From positions 496,001-560,000 of the forward strand of contig MCFH01000019.1 in the NCBI GenBank assembly GCA_002104945.1: a DNA stretch of 64,000 bases. Reading direction: 5' to 3'. Shown one piece after another: positions 1 to 9,409 of the stretch. The stretch is from Piromyces finnis finn (taxonomy: Eukaryota > Fungi > Neocallimastigomycota). The stretch's first letter is position 1, and each line of letters begins with the position of its first letter. A model generated the notes under the pieces. The model was not told where the DNA came from. It worked only from the letters and a program-made list of their open reading frames with translations, and did not search any database. The translations under genes and the position numbers were made by a program.

Positions 1-572
1 TCGGTGGTACGAGCTGCCTTTGTTACCAAACCTATATCTTCTGCTGTATTTAATACTTTATATATAATAGCGTTAATGATATTTTGATTGATGGTGTTTT
101 GAATGGCACCAACTGCCTTATTTACAATAATGGGTGCAATTGGATTTTTCTTGTGATTAACATAAAAATCAAATTGAGGTCTTTCAATTTTCTTTGTATC
201 AAATATTGTGATGAGTTTGGTACTAAAGTTTTCTGGAATGACTATTTCTCCGTAGTATTCACTTTTTTCTAACATATGTTTGGCATCCTTTTCATTTGTA
301 AAAATCCATTTCATATCCTTATTATCTTTTAAACCATCCACTACTAAATTTCCCATATTTATTTCTTCCCCAAGGATTACTGTTCCATTATCTTTATTTA
401 CAATAGCTATTGGTAATTTACCAGTATTACCATAAGGATTCCAATTGGAATCAATATTAAGCCAAGCATAAATACCTGGAATAATTAATAAACCTACTAA
501 AATTACAACAGCAGCAGGTCTTTTACTAATTCTTTTAATATCATCTAAAAATATAGATATAATTTTTTTCAT
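1..572 (-). CDS. YhgE/Pip (phage infection protein / EsaA-like) family membrane protein, N-terminal part; runs off the window edge
   Basis: Manual translation from ATG at 572, open to position 1: MKKIISIFLDDIKRISKRPAAVVILVGLLIIPGIYAWLNIDSNWNPYGNTGKLPIAIVNKDNG...YYGEIVIPENFS...FYVNHKKNPIAPII. This matches the YhgE/Pip N-terminal pattern (TM helix, YAW..WdPYGNT..L.vAvVN.D.G, YY..ivIP..FS, N.K.N.IAP.I). Missing from the ORF track because no stop lies inside the window. Confidence 0.85.
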   Translation of the reverse strand, partial: MKKIISIFLDDIKRISKRPAAVVILVGLLIIPGIYAWLNIDSNWNPYGNTGKLPIAIVNKDNGTVILGEEINMGNLVVDGLKDNKDMKWIFTNEKDAKHMLEKSEYYGEIVIPENFSTKLITIFDTKKIERPQFDFYVNHKKNPIAPIIVNKAVGAIQNTINQNIINAIIYKVLNTAEDIGLVTKAARTT

Positions 573-1683
573 TTTTCCCTAAATAATAATATAGGTATGT
601 GTGTGTGTGTGAAAGTATTTCTATAAAAACTTTTAATTTTTAGAATTTTTTTTTATTCTTTTAATATATCATTTATTTATTGATAATAAAATCTATCTTT
701 ATAATTTTTATTTTTTAATATTTAAGGAATTATGCTTTTTTTTTTAAGGTAAAAAATGGTAGGAGTAAAGCAAGATTCCTTTATAAAAGTGTTTTTATTT
801 CCCCTAATGAATATTTTCACTTAACCTTTTTTTTTTTGTTTTTTTTTTAAAGTTTTTTAAATTCTTTTTTTTATTGTCTTTTTTTATTATATTTATACAA
901 TCCATTAAAAAAAAAATTCTAGTTTTTTTAAGTTGTCAAAATTCATTTCTGCTTTCAACAATATTAAATTTAATAATAATATAATATTAATATATAATAA
1001 TATATAGTAATATATATTAGAATAAATACCACAACTTTTATTTTAATTTATTTTATTAATGAAATTTTTTTATAAAAATTAATTTTATAGACTTAATTTT
1101 GTGTAACATCATATAAATAATGATATTAAGAAATTTTTTATTAAATTTTTTAATTTTCACATGTATTTTTTTAAAAAAAAGTCTTTTTTCATATGATAAT
1201 TAAAATAATTTCATCTATAGATTTATTAATTCATTTATTTATTTTATTAATAAAAAAGATATTTTTATATTTAATAAAACTAAATATAAAAAAATGTTAA
1301 GAAAGCATTTACATAATAAATTATACTTCGCTATACTATTTATTTATTAGTAAAAAAATAATAAATGAAATAGGATAATTGCTATTGTCATCCTTACCAT
1401 CCTTTTTTTTTATTCTACTTTGTATTTTCTGCCTTTTAAAGAAATATCTTTTGTCAAGTAATATTAATATTAAATTTTTTGCACAATACCTAAATTAAAT
1501 TTTTTATTATTTTTTGTTGACAATTGTTATTTTTAATTGAAACATTAATATATTATTTTAAATTGATATTTATATTTTTATATATTTTATAATACATTAA
1601 TAATATTAAAATAATATATTATATTTATTATTTAATATAATATTAATATATATTAAATTATTTTTTTGTGCTTTATCACAATA

Positions 1684-1755
<72 letters not shown>

Positions 1756-1757
1756 TA
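1684..1757. repeat. (AAT)n microsatellite
   Basis: Direct trinucleotide run; it explains the poly-Leu ORF 1653..1835. Confidence 0.95.
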
Positions 1758-1788
1758 AGGTATAATAATAGACATTATATAATAAATA

Positions 1789-2335
1789 GTCGTTCCAGTT
1801 TCTATCCTGGTTGTTAAGACCCGCTTAGCATTCATAAGGCTTCTGGTTCGACCCCCGCCATTGACAGTTCTTTAGCGATTTTCCTGTTTCAGGTTTGCGC
1901 TTAAAGTATAGGGGTTAAAGGTCAATTCAGGTAAGTATAACTATACCACCGGACTCTACCCTAAGCAGTTAATTCAGATTGGTAGTTTTCTCCGTATCAA
2001 GCGGTTTTCCCACTGAAGTTTAGAGTATATGTAGGAAGGGGTATCAATTAATTCACAGATTACTAACTATGGTCTTTGAGGGTTGTTCTCATCGTTAATC
2101 ATCCTTCGCCAATAAAGGTTCAGGAGATCACTGGTGTTGGTAGCTCGGTCTTTGTGTGATAGGATCGTTAAGAGCAATAAGCCATTCCATATTAGCCCTG
2201 CCCAGAGGGATGATTGTGCCGACGTCGTTCTGATATGGCAATGTATAATAATGTACAATCACATACCATATATAACTCAGGGGGTTAGATGAGGATATAT
2301 GGAAGTCTAAAAAAAAAAAAAAAAAAAAAAAAAAA
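1789..2335 (+). mobile_element. tRNA-derived SINE (copy 1) with poly-A tail and target-site duplication
   Basis: GC-richer island. The head has a tRNA-like CTTAGCAT..AGGCTTCTGGTTCGACCCC (B-box GGTTCGANNCC). Poly-A at 2309-2335. Direct repeat TTATATAATAAATA at 1775-1788 and 2336-2349. Confidence 0.85.
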
Positions 2336-4026
2336 TTATATAATAAATAACATTATTCATATAGATTAGTATTAATATTAGTATTAGTATTAATTGGTTT
2401 CTTTATGGTAATACTAAAATTACTTTTTTATTATTACTACCATAGGCATTGGAATTTCTCATTATTTTTCATATTAATATTACAAATATTATGAATTCAT
2501 TACACAACAACCTCATTACTTTTATTATTTTTTGATTAGTATACTTTAAAGTTTCAATGATTTATAAAAATTATATTAAAAGTATTATTATTATTAGTAG
2601 TAGTAGTAGTAGTAGTATAATTTCTATTTATATTATTCTTATGAAAAATGAATTATATCCAACATAAATATTTATAGACGTATAATATATTTAATAAATC
2701 ATGATACTAAAATTAGACGAATAAATTAATAGTAAGCTGTATAAGTAAATACAAACGTTGATATTATAATAATATATTATCTTTTTTTTTTTTTTTTCTT
2801 TCTTAAACCTTCTTCTATCTCATGATTTTATATATAATATAAGAAATTGACTTTTCATCTAATCTATTTCTTTCCTTTTTATAATATTCAATAATAAAAT
2901 AAAATGGTTAAATATATATATATATATATTATAATAAAATAAAATAAGATGATTAAATATTTAAAGCGTTACATTTAATTAGATCAAGTAATAAAAACGA
3001 TTTAATTTATGACTAACCTTTATTTTTTTTTCAAAAATTAAATAATAAAAAAAAATGTAGATATACACTTTTAAACTATTTTAAATAGAATTAATTTCAT
3101 AATAATATAATATTAAATAGAGTTAATTCTACGGGTTTTAAAAAATTATAGAAGTATATAGGTAACTTTTTGTTATTAATTAAAATTTAAAAAGTATCTA
3201 TTACTCAAAAAAAAAATATATATATATATATATACAATAATTTATGTTCATATTCATATTTTTATTTATTATTCATTACAATTCATCATAACAATTCATA
3301 TACATTAAATAATAGCTTTTTTTTTTTTATTTGGTTTGGTTTGGTTTATAATAAGACATAAAATATAAAAAAAAAAAAAAAAAAAAAAAAAACGGAATCT
3401 CCAATCATAATAGAAAATGTTTATATTATGTGCGTGTGTGACAAATCTTGTATAATATACAACAAATGATACTTTTCATCTACCGACTTAACCCATTGTT
3501 TTTATGATGTGACGTGACTTTTTTTTTTGAAAATTATCTTTAATTCATTAATAAATAATATTAAAGGAAAAAATGCTATGTTATAATAAAAAAAAAACTA
3601 ATAGTATTTTAATAATTATGTCTGTTTTTTTTTGTTTGTTTGTTTGTTTGTTTTGCTTATATAATATTATATATCCAAAAAAAAAAAAAAAAAAAAACAC
3701 ATTATTATATGTCCATAATATTATTAATAATATATATTGTATGTACATATAAAAATGAGTATCAAATCTGTCTCTTTACATAAGTTAATGGGGAAAAAAA
3801 TAATAATTAATATTTTATAATTCGCTTTTATATCATATTTACAATAAAAAAAATAAATAATTGATTCTTTATTATTGATATGGTCATGAAAAAATTTTAT
3901 ATGTTATTTAAAAATAAAAGAAATCAAAAAGAAATAAAAAATGTATAAACTTTTTTTTTAAAACTAATTTTTATTTTTTATTGTAATTTCCAATTTTCAT
4001 TTTTATATCCTGTTAATTAATAAATA

Positions 4027-4750
4027 ATGTCTTTAATAATCAATAACACAACGATTCAAACTTCTTACAATGAAATATTAACTTTGGCAAGAGAATTTTT
4101 TTTTACTAATTTCTCTTCTAATGCCTAATTAAGCTCTTTTTATTTCAATATAACTTCACCAAATGTAATGAAAAATATTAGAAAAGCTTATCTTCCAGGT
4201 GGTGAACCTAATGACCTTGTTATTCATAAAGTTCAAGAATTATTAGAAATTAAAACACATTCTGAAATTTATATGAAATTGATAATTGTGGAACACCAAT
4301 ATTAACCTCCCAATGTCCTTAATGTAGTCAAATGTGATAGGTAGAACAAATCATAAATTAGTTGAACAATCTGGTCATTGTCGTATATTATTAAATTATG
4401 CTCAACCCCTTAACCCTCAATTCATTGGTATTCCATCAAGCTGCCTTAACGATCTGATAACTAATACTATACAACTCAAAGGGTTTCAAAAGATTGAAAA
4501 TGCCGGTATCTTCTTAAATAATGAGAAAAGGGTGAGAAATATTAGTTTTACTACTTATTTGGTTTTAAATTTCATTTTTTACTATTGTATATATTATTAT
4601 AATTGGGAAGTTAACTACTTAACGTTAAAAAAATTAAAATAATTCCGATACTTTGATAATACCAACGTTCATCCTGAAATTGAAGTTGAAATTAACGGAG
4701 ATGAAAAACATATCCTTTCTCTATTAAAGGATATAATGTTATCTTTAAAA
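4027..4750 (+). pseudogene. Decayed gene fragment containing an RZ-type (RNF213/ZNFX1-like) zinc-finger remnant
   Basis: Coding-like frames broken by stops and frameshifts. Reconstructed YEIDNCGTPILTSQCP*CSQMIGRTNHKLVEQSGH (~4270-4380) resembles the RZ-finger half Y.IG.CG.....CP.C...IGG.NH.L. Confidence 0.45.
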
Positions 4751-5265
4751 AAAAAAAAAAAAAAAAAGAATTAGTTATAAAAGAAGTAGATGTTATTTCA
4801 AGATTTTTTGATGACCTCTTTCCAAGATTATTGACTTTTCTTTGTGAAAATGAAAAAAGTTTAATTTAAATGAAAGAAGTGAACTTGAATATACCTACAA
4901 TAGAATTATTGAAAGCAGAATTTTATATTTTGTTCATGAAACTTAAAATTATAAAGACTAAAAAAAAAAAAAAAACATTATTATAATCATCAATAGTTTA
5001 TATAAAATGTTTGTTTATACTTTATTTAAAATAAAAATATCAGAAATATATTGATTTCAATCATTACATTTCCATATAATTTCATTCATTAATAAGTACA
5101 AAAAATAAAAAAAAATGGAATGAATAATAATAAAATTACATATTTTAATGATAATAATAATAATAAAAAGTAATGAATAAAATATATTATTCTTTCATTT
5201 TAAATGTTTAGGTAAAATTATTTGTTTTTGATTTTAGTTTTGATTTTAGTTTTTTGAAATAAATA

Positions 5266-5797
5266 TTTTTTTTTTTTTTTTTTTTTTTTTTAACTTCCGA
5301 GTGCATTTCTCCCATCGATCAGAGTTAGCTCCAATGGTGGTTCTTAGAGAAACGTTGGCTCATTCCTATTGCTAGGTGGTTGTGACCCTCCTGGTCTGTC
5401 ATACTGTTTCTTCAGCTTCGACGCTCACTTAATCCATGTACATTAGATGCATGTCGTTGTACGATATTTCACAACTACAATGCTCTTATAGTCAATTTGA
5501 TCACGTGTCAACTGCCCCCTAATGTTTACACTTAAATTGATTAAGGAATATTATGTGTTTTTGACATAGCCTAAGTCACCACTTATTAAGTTCTAATTTG
5601 GAATGTACCATGTACACTAGACCCTCTCAGGCCGGCTAGACGAGTGTTATTATCATAGTAGTAAATTAGAAAGTTCATTTATACTTACCTGAATATCATA
5701 ACCCAACCCATGGCAAACCCAGTGGGAAAATCCACAGGCACTGACATCTGCGGGGTCGAACCAGAAGCCTTATGTATGCTAAGGAAACGCCTTAACA
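5266..5797 (-). mobile_element. tRNA-derived SINE (copy 2, 5'-shortened, diverged body) with poly-A tail and TSD
   Basis: The minus strand begins TGTTAAGGCGTTTCCTTAGCATACATAAGGCTTCTGGTTCGACCCCG, sharing the head of copy 1. Poly-T on + at 5266-5291. Direct repeat TTTGAAATAAATA at 5253-5265 and 5798-5810. Confidence 0.85.
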
Positions 5798-6218
5798 TTT
5801 GAAATAAATAAACATCTCAAAATTCAATTTTTTTTTTTTCTAGAAATAAATTCGATTAAAAAATTTTACTAGAAGAAAAAAAAAATCATATTTTAAGATG
5901 CTTTGCCGTATTCTACGACAATTAATTTTTTATAAATCACCAATATTTATAAAATTTTATAAATTTTACAAATAAGCAAGACTGATGGATGACTTTTGTA
6001 AATAAATAAAATCGGTAATGAAATTATGTATGAATTACTCTTCTAGTTAGAAAGTATCCTCCATTAGAATACCTCAAATCTAACTGTTCTCTTCAAGTAA
6101 TAGAAATAAGAATTTATAATGGTTAATTTTGGTGTGAATTGAAAACAAATAATTGTATATTCTCAATAAACATTATAATAAAGATTTACTAAAAAAAAAA
6201 AAAAAAAAAAAAAAATCT

Positions 6219-7313
6219 TTAACTTTTTTTGTTGAGAAGGTTAGAATTGTCGTACATTATAAGAGGAAAGGTAAAAGTATCATTTAAACTTCCATTTGTA
6301 AACATTCCATTCATGTAATATGGTAAATCATATGGATCTTTATTGGTGTCTGATAATTGTTTAATTAAATAACAATCACTATTTTTCTCCCGTCTTTGCA
6401 TTAATTGCTTCTTTGAAAAAGGTGTGAAAAAAATGGATGAAAGAATGACACTTTGATCTATTATAACCAAGGAATAAATATTATGTTTTTTATTATTAGT
6501 CTCTAAACTTACTTCAATTTTAAAATCTTTAATTTCTACTTCTGTTAATTCAAGACCCATATCGCATATCGCCTCTGAATTTGATGCATTATTTATTCTT
6601 TCAAATATAGTCTTTATTTTTTCAAACGTATTATCAGATAAGCTTAAGCAACCTACTTTTACAAGATAAGTTTTAGGATTTTGAAAAGAAATCCCACAAA
6701 GAAAACTACACCTTACAAAATTTTCCTCTTTATCTTCATCATTAAATACTAAACGCCTATATCCTATATTTTCATTTTCCCTAATTCTCTTTCTATTATA
6801 CTCATTCCATATTTTAATTAAATTATTTTTGGTTTCATTCCTATTTGCAAATCTTTTTTGATAAAATATAGCACTTAAATAATGAACTCTGTTATTAATA
6901 TTTGAATATTGAACTCTGTTATTAATAGTATTGCAAAGAATTTTCTCAATCATTTTAATCCACTCAAACAAATAATTTGCATATACTATAACAATATCCA
7001 ATGATTTAATTAATTCACTATATATCGTAAAATGATTTGTATTGGAATTAAAATAGACAAGGCTATTACTAATATTATTTAATTTATTACAATTTATTTG
7101 GATTCTTTTTAACTTTTCACTTGAATTAAAATATAAATTGGGAGAAGAAATAGCCTCTTCAAACAAAGTTTTACATGTATTTAATAATATAATTATATTT
7201 AAATTTAAATTTCGATATTCACATTCACAATAAATCTGAAGCAATATATCAATTAAATTTTTACATAATTTAATATTTTCTAATAAATTATTATGTATTT
7301 CTTGGATAGTCAT
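6219..7313 (-). CDS. Intronless hypothetical protein (~364 aa from the first ATG)
   Basis: A 1.1 kb uninterrupted ORF in very AT-rich DNA is unlikely by chance. No recognisable motif. First ATG at 7313 (the track starts at TTG 7319). Confidence 0.6.
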   Translation of the reverse strand: MTIQEIHNNLLENIKLCKNLIDILLQIYCECEYRNLNLNIIILLNTCKTLFEEAISSPNLYFNSSEKLKRIQINCNKLNNISNSLVYFNSNTNHFTIYSELIKSLDIVIVYANYLFEWIKMIEKILCNTINNRVQYSNINNRVHYLSAIFYQKRFANRNETKNNLIKIWNEYNRKRIRENENIGYRRLVFNDEDKEENFVRCSFLCGISFQNPKTYLVKVGCLSLSDNTFEKIKTIFERINNASNSEAICDMGLELTEVEIKDFKIEVSLETNNKKHNIYSLVIIDQSVILSSIFFTPFSKKQLMQRREKNSDCYLIKQLSDTNKDPYDLPYYMNGMFTNGSLNDTFTFPLIMYDNSNLLNKKS

Positions 7314-8849
7314 AGTCAATTGGATTCTTATTAAATTAAAGATTTTTTTTTTTTTTTTTTTTTTTGTATAATACTCAATGGGTTTATAATGCCCTATTTG
7401 TATTTGTATCTTTGTATTTGGTTTTATCTTTTATAATACTTTTAAAAACCAACAGCAATTATTATCATATTTTTATATTTTTATATAAAAAAAAAAAAAG
7501 GGAGTTAAAGATATTATAAAATTTATTATTTAACCAATCATGTGATTAAAATGATTCCTTTTGTCCATAAAAAAAAAAAAACTATTCTTTTTTAATTAAT
7601 ACAAAAAGTACGCTTATTCTCTTTAATCCTCTTTTTTCATAATATCTTTTATAGAAAAACTAAAAATAGTAATGCCTATTTTGTTTTTTTTTTTCTTTAC
7701 ACTTTTTCTTAAAAAAAAAAAAAAAAAAAAAAAGCTTCGCTTTTTGTGTTAAAAAAAGTAAAAATTATTTTATTTCTTTTTTAAATACATAAAATTAAAT
7801 TATTAAATTTTTTATTAGTAAATTTTAATATTTTGGCTACTTACTGATCTACTATTATTTGACCACCCACGTCCATGACTACATATGCTTTGGCCAAAAT
7901 AGTTTCATTAATTAATAAATGGTTCATAGTATTACATTATTCACTATTCTCCCCAACAATACCTTTTTTGTTATTATTATTACATTTTTAAAAGTATATA
8001 AAAATCCTTTAGAGTAGTATTATCATATAATAATTATTCAAATTTTTTACTTTAATTTCTCTCCTATCCCTATTGAATGTTATTATACGATTCTTACTAT
8101 TAAATGGTTAAGAGATCATAACCCATATGTACACGTCCCATTTCAAATAACTATTATCCTCCTCTTTACAAGTACTCAAAAACTTTGATTTGGAAATATA
8201 AAAATACATACTAAAAATATATAACCATTATGTCATTATTACAAAACGATACACCCATATATACTTAATGGTATCCTAAAATTTTAGCATAAGCTTTAAT
8301 AGTTTGTACTTGAACTACTTTACCTTTATTTTTTTTTTGGATTTCTCTATAGAGGATCATTCAAATTTAATATTTTTTCAGAATTAAAATGGGCTTTTAT
8401 TTTCTTTGATAATAATCTATATAAAAATCAATAAAGATATTTTAATATTTCCTTTCGTTGTCATATATTATATACCATTCTAAACGATGAAAATAACTAT
8501 TTTAAAAAATTAATTATGTTGGCCGATAATCCTCACATACATAATGATTATATATATATATCTTGATTTATTTTACTGTAAAGAAGATATATATGTGCAA
8601 GTTTTGATTCATATGATGATTAACCCTTTTTATGGAAATTTTAGTTAAAAATGGTTACACTCATAGATATAGTTTAATTCCTTATACAAGATATAAAAAA
8701 GCATCTATTAAGTGGTTATATATAATCTAATAACAACGAAACTATTCAGAGCTTCACTGATAATAAAATAGATAGATGATCAATGTTTTTTTTTTTTTTT
8801 TTTTTTTTTTTCAAATAAATGTTTAAAACGATGTTTGTACCTATATAAA

Positions 8850-9090
8850 TCTACGAGAAAAGCGAAAACTACTACAAAAGTTAAAGCTGCTACCACAACA
8901 ATTAAACAAAAGGAAAGTTCTTCTAATTCATACTATTGTGGTGCCAAGCATAAACAACATAAAATGTTCCTTTGGTGACTGCTGTAGCAAAGATGGTAAA
9001 TGTGGATTTGGTCATGAATATTATGGTGATGGTTGTCAACCTGAGTTTGGTATATGTTTTAATGATTTACCTAACCCCTTATTAATATAA
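8850..9090 (+). pseudogene. CBM18 (hevein-type chitin-binding) domain fragment with Thr/Lys linker, frameshifted
   Basis: STRKAKTTTKVKAATTTIKQKESSSNSYYCGAKHKQHK / (frameshift) CSFGDCCSKDGKCGFGHEYYGDGCQPEFGIC. This is the CBM18 CG..C..G.CCS..G.CG....CG.GCQ..FG.C pattern with one Cys>Tyr change; no upstream start exon. Confidence 0.8.
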
Positions 9091-9350
9091 AGTAATTTTA
9101 TTGTGTAAACTATGAATATTTTATAATACTTTATTACTTCATGTTTAGTTTTCAAAATATTTTTACATTATGAATATTGTATTTAAATGTATCTAGAATA
9201 ATTTATTATAATATGTTAACAAGAAAAAATTATAAAAGTAAGGAAAAGGAAATAGCATTTTAATTATTAATAAATATAAAATATTTTTATAGTTTATCTC
9301 TGGGTTTACTATTTACAGTTTTTCTATTTACTTTTTAATGGATACTTTCA

Positions 9351-9403
<53 letters not shown>

Positions 9404-9409
9404 TTTTTA

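Noticed and set aside
1653-1835. 60-aa poly-Leu ORF (and similar ORFs at 28223..28426, 39874..40104, 39932..40117)
   Set aside because: Produced by (AAT)n/(ATT)n microsatellites; not coding.
1800-1865. Possible functional tRNA-Ala gene
   Set aside because: No acceptor-stem or anticodon-stem pairing and a weak A-box; it is part of a poly-A/TSD-bounded element.
2067-2258. 63-aa minus-strand ORF
   Set aside because: Lies antisense inside SINE copy 1 and has no recognisable motif.
5679-5760. ATACTTACCTG on the + strand as a possible U1 snRNA gene
   Set aside because: Only the first 11 nt match. Downstream sequence lacks U1 stem-loops and an Sm site and is the antisense of the SINE head.
7840-8420. 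Slightly GC-richer stretch suggesting a decayed gene or TE
   Set aside because: No frame gave a recognisable motif.
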